A stretch of 64,000 nt of DNA from positions 62,001 to 126,000 of the forward strand of contig NW_026515635.1 in NCBI RefSeq assembly GCF_000738915.1, in the 5' to 3' direction. The notes beneath the pieces were generated by a model. The model saw nothing but the letters and a program-made list of their open reading frames with translations. It did not search any database and was not told where the DNA came from. The translations under genes and the position numbers were made by a program. The stretch's first letter is position 1, and each line of letters opens with the position of its first letter. Shown piece by piece: positions 1 to 10,422 of the stretch. This DNA is from Nematocida ausubeli. Its lineage: Eukaryota.

Positions 1-1
1 G

Positions 2-457
2 TTCAGCATAGGAGACTTCTATGACCAGTACAAGAGGATTCTTGAACTTGGCCCCATTGGGCAGCTTCTTTCTCTCATTCCAGGACTGAACAGCTCAATG
101 TTCAACGAGAAGGAGTTCAAGAAAATGGGAACAATCTTCACAGCCATGACAAAGAAAGAGCTTAAAACCAACGGAGAAGTCTTTATTAGATCTCTGTCCA
201 GGCTGGTGCGTGTAGCCAAAGGAAGTGGTGTGACTCCCACACAGGTCAGAGATGCCATCAACACATACAGAATGATGGCCCAGATGTTCCAAAAGATCTC
301 CTCAAATCCGATGTTTGCAGGCCTTCTAGGAGGACAGAACGGGGCAAATGACAAAAACATAACCCCTGATGCAGCCCGATCCCAGATAAACCAGCTGAAG
401 AAGATGATGCCACCAGGCTTTTCCTCAATGTTTGACCAGTTTGATAAGTTTTTCTAG
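2..457 (+). CDS. SRP54: Signal recognition particle 54 kDa protein, C-terminal M domain (5'-partial)
   Basis: Frame open from base 2: FSIGDFYDQYKRILELGPIGQLLSLIPG matches the SRP54 M-domain start (FTLRDMYEQFQNIMKMGP..ILGMIPG). AMTKKEL and RLVRVAKGSGVT match SMTxxEL / RIxRVARGSG; Met/Gln-rich tail. Confidence 0.92.
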   Translation, partial: FSIGDFYDQYKRILELGPIGQLLSLIPGLNSSMFNEKEFKKMGTIFTAMTKKELKTNGEVFIRSLSRLVRVAKGSGVTPTQVRDAINTYRMMAQMFQKISSNPMFAGLLGGQNGANDKNITPDAARSQINQLKKMMPPGFSSMFDQFDKFF

Positions 458-814
458 AAACAAAGAATAAACAACTGTGCTTTTTCTTATTCCGCAATGT
501 GCAGGCCGTGTAGGAATCTATTATCTATTCCACGGTATTTTTTGCACACCACATTGCATAAATTTATTTCTTTTGCAGAAACCTAGCAGCTATAAATGAT
601 TAGTTAATTGAATTCAGGCTACACCTCATTATGTTTTTTTCTATGTCGAACTAACTAATTTATGCAGTGTATAAAGAGACCAAATACCATGTATCCCCTG
701 TAATGACTTCTGTTTATACAAATGGCCAATCATCATGCCTAATAAGAATAAAAACATCCAATTAGCTGCAAAAATATAAATATTTTATAGCTAAAAATCA
801 TTTTTTACAATTTC

Positions 815-1858
815 ATGCTGAATATACTCACCCGAAAACAGCATTCAGATTTACGATACACAATTATGTCCCGGGGGCTTAGAATAGCACTCAAGGAATT
901 ATTTGATGCAATTAAAGTTCTTCTTTGGATTCCTTCATATTATACAAATCATCCAGCTTCAACCCACGCATGGAACACATATGATCAAACCGAATTACAT
1001 GATGATAATTTTCATCAGGAGATGCAAGAAGAATACAATGAAGAAAAAAATAATACAGATGCACAGAGCACTGAGTTTACAGAAGAGAGCGAAAATTATG
1101 ACAACACACAGTCCAGCCACTTACAGAATATAGAGCATGAGTCATATGAAAATCCTTTCCCAGTTATTCAAACAACAAACTCAAAAAATATACTCAAAAG
1201 AGCTCTTAAATTCATACTTAAATTGCTGCAACTAACCACATACCTGTACATCGTACTATTCTTTCTTAAGTGTATTTACATTGCATTTAAGTTCCCATTC
1301 GTATATTGCGCCACATTTGGAATGTATATGGATGATGACGGCATCTTATTATCAATTTTCATGAACGAATCAATTATTTCTGGGTTTTTGAGATTCATAT
1401 ACTTTACTATGCTCCCACTTGTGATCATCTATAGGACAATGAAAAGAGAATATCCTTCGTTTAAAAAATATACTGTTTGCATTATCATAGCCATACTGAG
1501 CATTATTATTAGCAACACTATATCATACCTTGTATACAGAAAGGTTATTAATAGTGTATACATGTTTATACAGTCAAAAAACAATATTCTCTTTGATTTG
1601 GCACTTTCAGCCATAGTAACTCTAGTTTATGTGTCTACTGCATTTTCAGAGCTTTACAGCGCATGGGTTGCTAGCAAAATAGATCATGTATGGGATGCTG
1701 TGGAGTTCGGGCAGAAGATATATCTAATATATATTACTGCAAGTTTTTTATACGTTGCAGTTAGTATTGTAATTGTACTTTCCACACTATTCAAGCACAG
1801 CATTGTTGATGTGATAGCACATATACTTATGACAATAACTACTTTGTTTAGGATATAA
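815..1858 (+). CDS. Hypothetical multi-pass membrane protein (acidic N-terminal region, ~5-6 hydrophobic segments)
   Basis: 347-aa ORF; Glu/Asn/Asp-rich first third followed by several hydrophobic stretches; no recognised motif. Confidence 0.7.
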   Translation: MLNILTRKQHSDLRYTIMSRGLRIALKELFDAIKVLLWIPSYYTNHPASTHAWNTYDQTELHDDNFHQEMQEEYNEEKNNTDAQSTEFTEESENYDNTQSSHLQNIEHESYENPFPVIQTTNSKNILKRALKFILKLLQLTTYLYIVLFFLKCIYIAFKFPFVYCATFGMYMDDDGILLSIFMNESIISGFLRFIYFTMLPLVIIYRTMKREYPSFKKYTVCIIIAILSIIISNTISYLVYRKVINSVYMFIQSKNNILFDLALSAIVTLVYVSTAFSELYSAWVASKIDHVWDAVEFGQKIYLIYITASFLYVAVSIVIVLSTLFKHSIVDVIAHILMTITTLFRI

Positions 1859-2677
1859 ATGATTTATAGAGCTTTTCTGACGATTAAATGAATTAGAGTT
1901 CTATTATACATCTAACTTCAATTTCACATCTTTACTAGACTGTTTTTCTATTCATGCCTCTCTCTGCTTTTTAGTTTTCAGTGCGAGCTATTCTGTCCAC
2001 ACAAGCTATTTGAGTGAAATACTCTCAGAGGAAGAAGTTCTGCATTTTTGTAGTTGGAATTTATATTACGTCGATTGACTTTTCTTTGCGGAATTTAGTT
2101 AAATTCCATGCACAGCAAGCTTATTTGGTGTTAAGTCATATTATTTTTAATAAAATTATTTAGAAAATATCTAAAGCTAATAGAAGAATTTCTTTTACTT
2201 ATATAAGTGTTCAAGACTAGCTAAATATATGAAATTTGTATTAATCTGATTTAAGTTCATTCAATCCTTTTATTCTTCAGTATGTCTTTAATATTTGACC
2301 ATTGGGCGATGCCTAGCTAGATTTTCAAGAAGATTCTGGCTATTATTTAAGATATACTTTGTTTTTCTTCTGTTTCTTTGCTATGTCGCTGTATTTGGCC
2401 AATACTTCTAGATCAAGCCGTATGTGCATGCTGCAACTCTTTTTAAACCTCACCTTTGGTAGAGGTATAAATTTACTTTTATAAATGCTTTTGACTGAAA
2501 ACTTGATGCTTCTGCATATACTTGCACTTTCTACTTGCATATTCTTCTCATCTGCTTGATTTTCTGTGGATTATGCAGTTTTGTGTCATCTTCCAGACCA
2601 AGATTTATTTTCCTACTAAATAGACTGCTGGAAGAAATAGAATGTTTAAATGTTCTTTTAGGAAGATTCTGTTAAGT

Positions 2678-4288
2678 TCATATTGGCTTTTTGTCTGATA
2701 TTTCAGTATCTTGTGATGTGGTTGGATTATCTCCACCATTTAGCAAATAGTCCACTGCATTCTTGCCACCTTTTAGTATGTTAGAATAATTTATGCTCTC
2801 TGGCCTTTTTTTGGCTCCTGCTGGGCCACTATTAATAAAGCTTTCTGTCATTGGAGGTATACCATAGCTATGCTCATTTGAGGTAGAATCACTTGAGAAG
2901 TACTTTGAAGAGCTTTTACAATTAGAATCACTTTCATTCTCATCTGCACTTTCACTGTTCTTGCATTCACTTTCCTCAAACGAGTATGTATCTGTATCTG
3001 AGTCCTCTATTATTGGCGTAAGAACATGCCTTTTCTCTTCTCCACTCAAGTCACTATAACTAAACACACTATCTTGCTTCAAGCTAGGACTGATATTATG
3101 ACCTCTTGCATTTATATTTTCTTCATTAGCCTCTTCTTGCGCACTGCTTTCTAAATATCTATCTAGATCTAAAGGCTTTATACTTATAGATCTTACAGGC
3201 ACTGAGTCATATAAATCACTCATTTCTTCATCTTCTAAATCCTTCTTTCTATTGTTATCCAGATTAGATTTCTTAGATTTATATTTCCTTATACTATTTT
3301 GTCTCTGTAATGGACAGTCTTCCTCCAAATTTGGATTAATGGTTTCTTCCTTCTCTTGTGAGTTTACTTTTTTTACATTTTCTGCCTCTTCCAGTATGCT
3401 ATGTTTCTGTGTACGTTCTTCCTCTATGGGCTGTTTCTTTTTTATTACTTCAACTTCTTCTGGCACTTCAGATTCTTCTGGTGTTTTGAATTCTTTAAAA
3501 ACTTTAGATTCTTCTGGTAGCTTGAGTACTTCAGACAATTCAGGGACTTTAATTTCTTCAACTTCTCCTGGTGTTTTGAGGACTTCCGATACTTTAATTT
3601 CTTCTGGTACTTCGAGTATTTCTAGCACTTTGGATATTTGAACTTCTTCTGGTACCTCGAGTACTCCAAATACTTTAACTTCTTCTGGTGTTTCGAGTGC
3701 TTTAACTTCTTCGAGTATTTCTGGCACTTCGGACATTTGAACTTCTTCTGGTACCTCGAGTACTCCAAGCACTTTAGCTTCTTCTAATACTTCGAGTGCT
3801 TCAGATTCTTCAATATCTTCAGACAATTTAACTTCTTCTGGTGTTTCAAGAACTTCAGAGTCTTTAGCTTCTTCTAATACTTCGAATATTTCAGAGTCTT
3901 CAACTTCTTTAGGTTCTTCAATTTCTTCCAACAATTTAACTTCTTCTGGTTCTTCTGGCATTTTAGCCACTTGAACTTCTTCTAGCACTTCAGATACTTT
4001 AGCTTCTTCTAGCACTTCGGGCACTTTAACTTCTTCTAGTACTTTAGATACTTCTGACACTTTAACTTCTTCTAGTACTTTAACTTCTTCTGGCACTTCG
4101 GGTACTTTAACTTCTTCTAGTACTTCGGGTACTTCAATTCCTTTTGATACTTTCGGGTTTGTAACTAAATCGGCCTCCATGCGATATATATTCTGAATGC
4201 ATACTCCAACTCCAACCAGAAATATAGTTCCAATAACACTAGCAATTGAGATTATATATAACTTTTTTATTCCTGGGCTTCTTTCCAT
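2678..4288 (-). CDS. Hypothetical membrane-anchored or secreted Glu/Val/Pro/Lys repeat protein
   Basis: 536-aa ORF; hydrophobic segment at aa ~11-32, then many EEVKV(P/L/S)EV repeats and a Ser/Asp-rich tail. Confidence 0.75.
   Translation of the reverse strand: MERSPGIKKLYIISIASVIGTIFLVGVGVCIQNIYRMEADLVTNPKVSKGIEVPEVLEEVKVPEVPEEVKVLEEVKVSEVSKVLEEVKVPEVLEEAKVSEVLEEVQVAKMPEEPEEVKLLEEIEEPKEVEDSEIFEVLEEAKDSEVLETPEEVKLSEDIEESEALEVLEEAKVLGVLEVPEEVQMSEVPEILEEVKALETPEEVKVFGVLEVPEEVQISKVLEILEVPEEIKVSEVLKTPGEVEEIKVPELSEVLKLPEESKVFKEFKTPEESEVPEEVEVIKKKQPIEEERTQKHSILEEAENVKKVNSQEKEETINPNLEEDCPLQRQNSIRKYKSKKSNLDNNRKKDLEDEEMSDLYDSVPVRSISIKPLDLDRYLESSAQEEANEENINARGHNISPSLKQDSVFSYSDLSGEEKRHVLTPIIEDSDTDTYSFEESECKNSESADENESDSNCKSSSKYFSSDSTSNEHSYGIPPMTESFINSGPAGAKKRPESINYSNILKGGKNAVDYLLNGGDNPTTSQDTEISDKKPI
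3430..4140 (-). repeat. Degenerate coding minisatellite (AACTTCTTCT(G/A)G core) encoding PEEVKV/LEEVKV units
   Basis: Recurring ttaacttcttctgg / acttcttctagcac units on the + strand. Confidence 0.85.
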
Positions 4289-5150
4289 TTCTTTTCATGT
4301 TCTGCTATATTTAAAGAAACACTTTGATTTTAGATAATTTTTACTATACCTGCTTGAAATGCACTGTAGAAAGCATTTTTAGACTGATTTGGTACAGAGT
4401 GAATTTTCAATGCACAGAATCTGCATATACTTTGTGAGTGCATATTTTTCTTAGCCTCTATATTCTTATTTGTGCAAAAAGCAAATTATACTTTGAATTA
4501 CTTTGAGCCTACGTATGCATTAATATTTCCATGATCTACTGTCTCTATCTATATCGTGGTAGAGTTCTTATTTCTCGAATCGAGGACATAATATCACTGA
4601 TATAAAGGAAAATAACTCTAGAAAATCTATTAATCAAAAGGACTTCATATAATCACGTGGGGATATTTAAAAAAGCAGTACATCTTAATTACCAAGAATA
4701 ACAGTCATAGTACATCCAGACACTAGTAACAATACACAAATATAGCCTGAATTGACAACTACCCTATCTATCTTAGACTGCTATCTCCTGTCTGGAGTGT
4801 TGCTCTCTTTCGAAATGTGATTTTTCTATATAGAATGTGCCATGAAATGAATGTTTGTATAGTATGCGCGTATTTAGACAAGAATATGCTTTCTTTCTGC
4901 TTCTTTCATCTTTTTTAGATTAATTTGCAGAGTGCAATTGTGTTTTTTCTACTACCGTGTCTTTGTAAAAATGAAAAGTGTCTATATATAATTATAATGC
5001 TGGGTAGAGTGAAGGCTATAGTAGATGAAAATATGAAAATTATATGGTAGCCATGAAAGAGAAAAAAGAAAGTTTGGATAGAGGGGGTGCTAAATAGCAG
5101 TATTAGTAGGATAAATATGGTTTATTGCAAAGCGACACATAATACTATAT

Positions 5151-8024
5151 TTAAGCAATAGCTAGTAGTATTGCCATATTTCCGTTAGTTATCAGCTGTG
5201 GATTCTCGACTAAAAATGCATCTCCTGCCTCAGAGATAAAGGTTTTTGCGTTTTTCTTCAGTTCCGCAAGATCTATCTCTATCTTTTCCTTTGGATTGTA
5301 TACCGCTTGGCTTCCTTCTCCATGCTCTCTTACATGAATGTACATGGTAGGATAGTGCGGGAGGGTCTCAATGTGTATGTGCAAAAAGGCCTCGGGATCT
5401 TCCTTTACAGTGGGAAGGTTCAGCACTCGTGCAAATAGCAGACGAAGGGCCTTTTCATTATCAGAGACTGTGCCGCTTGAAGTTCCCAGCTCTGCATAGT
5501 CTAGCTCAACTGTCTCCTCAAATGTTCCTGACCGAATGTTTACCTTGCAGGATGTTTCACTTGCCTTTGACTTTATCTTCTTCTCTGTAAGTTCAACTGT
5601 AAAGCTGAGAGAATGCCCAGAGCCACACTCCATGATCATTGGAAGAATTGGGTGGTCTATTGATACAGTGCTGAACCGCGTGAACCCAGCAAGCCATGCG
5701 AAAAATTCTTCCTCCATCTTTGGCGAGTCTGTGTTTGGCTTTATCTCTGCCAAGTTGTCTCTCTTGATTGCGTTTAGGATAGGCCGTGCCGAGAAGTAGA
5801 TTCTGTAGTATGCATAGTCCACAATATTCAGAGCAATATTTTCGATCTTGCTCTTGTATACGTTGTATGCCACATTGATTCCGCTCCATGCAACTAGGTC
5901 CTTTTTGTTAAAGATACCAAAGGACACATTGGATTTCAGTGCATCCCGGATCTTCTCAACCAGGTTCTTCTTTTTGTAGCTGTAGAGTGTTGTGTAGATC
6001 ACCTTCTCGCCATCTATCTCTTTTACAATTGATAGCTTTAGGAAGATAGACTCCCCAACAAGCAGACATACATAGTTTACTGGGCCAGTTTTTTTATCCG
6101 CGAGGTAGGAGTACAGGACGTCAAGAGCATCCCATGTGTCCTCTGCGCTCTTTCTAGTGTGTACTTTCTTTGAAAGGGGCTCTGGTGCTCCTAGGAACTC
6201 TCCCACAGTTATAACTTCGTTCATGGCTGAAGAGTTCTCTGGCTTTTTGATGCATGCAGCAAAGGCTAGTGACTGCATAAACGTGCTAAGCCATGGCTCT
6301 TTTGTGTCATCTTCCAGGGCCTTGCAAAGAGCGTCTAGAAGAGCAAACTCGTACATCTTGCTTGACTCCAGATCTCCCAATGGGTTGTACACCCGGATGT
6401 ATCCAAATAAAGTGTTTTTGTTCAGATCCATTTCAATCTCTGCTCTGCATCCTGGTTTTTTGTACTCTAGTATCTCCAAGGTGTCCCGGGCTGTTTGCAC
6501 AAACTCAGCACTTCCAGTGTTTGAGAGAGCCACCACCTGGTCAAAGATGGGGGTCAGCTGCAGAGCCTCCTCCACAGTGCATGGCGAGTGGATGGTCATT
6601 CCGCATGCAGACACTTTTTCAATCATCCCATCGCGGGCAGCTATCTTGATGGAAACAGGGCCCTTTTTGTACGTCCATCCACAGATTGACGACAAAAGAC
6701 TTATTCCATAGACCTCTTCGCTTCCATAGTACTTGCCTTCCTCTATCTTATTCTTTTCTACTTTTGATACTTTCACCAGCCTTCTTAAGTACTTCATGGC
6801 ATCATCAAAGATTCCTTCAAGTGTTCTGTTTGGGGTTGCTGAGAATGCAATTAAGATGTTGTCCTTCTTGACGCTCTTCTTTTTGTATCCAAATAGTGAG
6901 ACAAAGTGGGCCAGCTTGTACTTCTGGATTGACTCCACTGTGGTCTTGCCAGACTTGTCAATAGACTCTATTGTGTAGTCACTGCACACAGCTCTTTCAA
7001 GCAGCTGCATGTTTTTCTCATGCGCGCTGCATATACTCTCGCTCTGCTCTGCTGCAGACACCTTGCTTAAGCTAATGTGGTTTGGCAGCACCATTGAGAA
7101 AGAGACCTCTGCAGTCTCTCCTGACTTTAGAGCAAGCACTTGCTTGCAGAGATTCTTAAGCGAGGACCGCAAGCTGTATCCTTTGTATTTGAAGTATGGC
7201 TCAAGAAGTTCCATATATCCAGAGCCTGGATTCTTTGAGACAACCTGCAGCCGGAATCTGTGCACTGAGCAGTACTCAATTCCCTCCGCAAATATGCTGC
7301 ACACAAGAGGCGCCTTGTTTGACATATAGTTGGATGGTGCAGTAAGTCTAAGCGTAATCCATACTATTCTGTCGTTGGAGATCTCCTTTGCCAAGAACTG
7401 CATATACTTCTCATCAAAGTTCGAGTGCATTTTGTTAATTCCGTCGACGAACTCTGTAAGTTTTTCTGTTGTGTCGTATAGAGTGGTTGTTTTGTACAAC
7501 TTCACTGCATTCTTCATCTTGGTGTATAGCTCCCTGTCTTCATAGAACGCACAGTCCGTGCATCTTCCACACAGATTATCATTGCAGGTCTTGCCAGCTG
7601 TGTATATTCTCTCTGGATAAATTCTTTCTAAGTCCCCAACTGCAGTTTCTTCAGTTATTTCTGTTACAACAATGCTTGGTGTTTGCGCAGCATACGAGTG
7701 GAAGGTGTTCAGAGGCTGTCCCTCTACGTAAGGAACCAGCGCATCTGTGCCATCGCTCGAAGCCATGTGCATATTTATATCCGTGCCTTTTTCTTCTGCC
7801 ATTTCTATTGGAGGTCTTTCATTTTCTGCGTCTTGTCCATCCCCTGCAGAAGAACCCATCATATAGTAGATGTAATATATAACGATCATTGCCACAGACA
7901 AAAATGTACCCAGTGCAAAGAAAAGATACTTCAGAAGCTTTCTTCCTCTTATATACCTCTTAAATCTAATCAATCGCTCAGATATAAACGACCGACGTTG
8001 CTCGTCTCTCTGATCAATTTGCAT
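5151..8024 (-). CDS. Hypothetical type II single-pass membrane protein (~957 aa)
   Basis: Long ORF. Start moved to the ATG at 8024 (MQIDQ...) because the track start at 8105 overlaps the GDI start. Basic N-terminus, one TM (YLFFALGTFLSVAMIVIYYIYY), CxxxxCxxCxxC cluster. Confidence 0.75.
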   Translation of the reverse strand: MQIDQRDEQRRSFISERLIRFKRYIRGRKLLKYLFFALGTFLSVAMIVIYYIYYMMGSSAGDGQDAENERPPIEMAEEKGTDINMHMASSDGTDALVPYVEGQPLNTFHSYAAQTPSIVVTEITEETAVGDLERIYPERIYTAGKTCNDNLCGRCTDCAFYEDRELYTKMKNAVKLYKTTTLYDTTEKLTEFVDGINKMHSNFDEKYMQFLAKEISNDRIVWITLRLTAPSNYMSNKAPLVCSIFAEGIEYCSVHRFRLQVVSKNPGSGYMELLEPYFKYKGYSLRSSLKNLCKQVLALKSGETAEVSFSMVLPNHISLSKVSAAEQSESICSAHEKNMQLLERAVCSDYTIESIDKSGKTTVESIQKYKLAHFVSLFGYKKKSVKKDNILIAFSATPNRTLEGIFDDAMKYLRRLVKVSKVEKNKIEEGKYYGSEEVYGISLLSSICGWTYKKGPVSIKIAARDGMIEKVSACGMTIHSPCTVEEALQLTPIFDQVVALSNTGSAEFVQTARDTLEILEYKKPGCRAEIEMDLNKNTLFGYIRVYNPLGDLESSKMYEFALLDALCKALEDDTKEPWLSTFMQSLAFAACIKKPENSSAMNEVITVGEFLGAPEPLSKKVHTRKSAEDTWDALDVLYSYLADKKTGPVNYVCLLVGESIFLKLSIVKEIDGEKVIYTTLYSYKKKNLVEKIRDALKSNVSFGIFNKKDLVAWSGINVAYNVYKSKIENIALNIVDYAYYRIYFSARPILNAIKRDNLAEIKPNTDSPKMEEEFFAWLAGFTRFSTVSIDHPILPMIMECGSGHSLSFTVELTEKKIKSKASETSCKVNIRSGTFEETVELDYAELGTSSGTVSDNEKALRLLFARVLNLPTVKEDPEAFLHIHIETLPHYPTMYIHVREHGEGSQAVYNPKEKIEIDLAELKKNAKTFISEAGDAFLVENPQLITNGNMAILLAIA

Positions 8025-8068
8025 ATTAAAAAATGAGTGAAAACCCATTATTTTCTTAAAAATAAACA

Positions 8069-9466
8069 ATGGCAGCAGGTGCAGAACAAGAAATATACGA
8101 TGCAATTATTTTGGGCACGGGAATAAAAGAGTCCATCTTGGCGGGGCTACTGTCAAACTCAGGGGCAAAAGTTCTGCAGATGGATGCATCCCCTGTGTAC
8201 GGATCCTCGTCTAGAACCATTCAGTATGCAGACTTTGTACAGGAAATGAGGGCGAAGTATCCTGCGCAGATGCAGTTCAAGCATGCATTTGGGGAGCTGG
8301 AGGCAGCAAAAATATACATAGATCTTACGCCAAAGATATTTCTAGCGGATGAAGGCCTCATAAAGGTCATTGCAGAGCACAATCTGGCACACTGCATTGA
8401 CTTTTCAATCATCACCGAGCAGTATATAATAAAAGACAACAGTGCGCCAATTCTTATTCCAACAACAAAGACTGCCGCACTTACCAGCCAGCTGTGCGGC
8501 CCCTTACAGATGCTTAAGCTGCACAAGTTCGTGAACATGATAAAAGGCTTCTACAATGCAACAGAAAGCGAAAAAGCTGCAATTACAGCGCAATGGAAGT
8601 GCGTGGAGGAGCTATACAACTACTACGGGATATCGCAGTCTCTGCGGGGAATAATTGGGCACGGGATAGCTCTTTATCCCTCAAGCGGGTATTTACAGGA
8701 GGAGCCTTCTGAGTTTATACACCGCCTCACAACATACTTTAAAAGTGTGGCCCGTATTAACGGGGAGAAAACAGGGGGAAATTCGCCCTTTCTGTATCCA
8801 AAGTATGGCATCAGTGAAATATCACAGGGATTTGCCAGACTCTCAGCAGTCAAGGGCGGTGTGACCCGAATGGCTACATCAATACTTGCAATGAATAGGG
8901 AGGAAGACAGATATGCGCTGTCTCTTCGATCAGAAGGAGAGCAAGATGATCTTGTATATGGGAAGACAATAATTGCAAACGATCAGTACTATGCGACTAT
9001 TCCAAACTCTGTCCGAAGGAAAGTCCGTACCGTGAGGGGCGTATTCATCCTTCACTCTCTTCCAAATGCAAGAAGTAAGCAGGCAATGATTATCACTCCA
9101 GGGCGTGCAGGGATCTTCCTTCTTGTAGTAGGAAAAGACGAGGAGATGTGCCCAGAAGGATATTCCATAGCCTATATAACAGCAGAGTATGATGGGCCGG
9201 TGGATGGTGTAGACCAAGTAATTAGCTCCATAGAAGTGCCTCCCTTCCTAAAGGAAATAGCAGCACCGGCAGTTAACCAGATATACGCATGGAAGTACTC
9301 TATCATGCAGCAGTTCCTGTGGATTGATGAAGCATACGAAGGCATAGAGAAGCTTGACCCAAATGTAATCTGCCTACAGCCCATGGATAACACAGTCGAC
9401 TTTAGATCTGTTCTATCTGAGGTTCAGAGTGTGCATAAGCTTTTTTCAACCCGCACCTCTGTCTAA
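8069..9466 (+). CDS. GDI1: Rab GDP-dissociation inhibitor (GDI/REP family)
   Basis: YDAIILGTGIKESILAGLLSNSGAKVLQMD..PVYG, IDLTPK, SPFLYPKYGISEISQGFARLSAVKGG are GDI signature blocks. Confidence 0.92.
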   Translation: MAAGAEQEIYDAIILGTGIKESILAGLLSNSGAKVLQMDASPVYGSSSRTIQYADFVQEMRAKYPAQMQFKHAFGELEAAKIYIDLTPKIFLADEGLIKVIAEHNLAHCIDFSIITEQYIIKDNSAPILIPTTKTAALTSQLCGPLQMLKLHKFVNMIKGFYNATESEKAAITAQWKCVEELYNYYGISQSLRGIIGHGIALYPSSGYLQEEPSEFIHRLTTYFKSVARINGEKTGGNSPFLYPKYGISEISQGFARLSAVKGGVTRMATSILAMNREEDRYALSLRSEGEQDDLVYGKTIIANDQYYATIPNSVRRKVRTVRGVFILHSLPNARSKQAMIITPGRAGIFLLVVGKDEEMCPEGYSIAYITAEYDGPVDGVDQVISSIEVPPFLKEIAAPAVNQIYAWKYSIMQQFLWIDEAYEGIEKLDPNVICLQPMDNTVDFRSVLSEVQSVHKLFSTRTSV

Positions 9467-10422
9467 AATGATGTTAAATCTGCTCAGGGTGCATGAGAAG
9501 CATTTCCAAAGAGAGGCATATAAATACAGTGAATAAATCAGGCCATCCGTGCCATATGTTAAAATATAGCCCAGCTTATCCTTAAGCTTTGTCTAGAGTG
9601 CTTTTATACTTTTCTGTTTTCTGCAAATGCGCGGGTTTATTGGCATCTGTAGGCTGAAGACACCATGGAATGCAACTTTGTATCTGGTTTAAAATTCAAG
9701 CACACGATCTTAAGTTTAAATATACCTTCTGCCTACACAGCACATGTAGTGGAAAAGAAAAAGATGAAATACTCACAGAGTGCAAGTAAATCCTCTCATA
9801 TAAAGTGTTGGTTTTCCATGCTAAAATAATATAACCCAATAGTCTATGGATTTTCTTGAGATTCATGCAGGGCTTGCATTTCTGCATGCGCAGTTTTACT
9901 TCCACTAGAATATAGAGTATACTCTTCTATGCATAGCTCATAGTACTAGGCTGCAAAGAAATTTGGGAAAGTGAAATTATTTAATGGCTATGCGTACCTA
10001 AACTATAGAGTCTGCGAGAAATCTATGCGCATTTGGGTTATATCCAAAGGAAGCCATGCTTCTTGCTTAAATTAGAAGTGCAATTTAAGAAAAGGCGGAA
10101 ATGCGCCCGCACAGAAATAATAATCTGAAGTGCACCCAAATGCCTCTTCTGCAAATTACTTGAGTACTGCAATATGCATATGCAAAAACACTCACCCTTT
10201 GCGATTCTTCTAATTGAAAAGTGTCTGCCAAATTACCTTCTTCTATTTTGTTACGCATGCATTCTCACCCATACTCCAGCATTCTATGATTTCTGTGGAA
10301 TTCTCCTGCTTGCCCATGCTTCTAACAGGCCCTGTTCCTAGCCAGCAGCCATCCACTCCACATAGTTTATTTTATATTAAAAGTTTCTATAAGACTCAAG
10401 CAGAAAATTATTTAAAGTTTAC

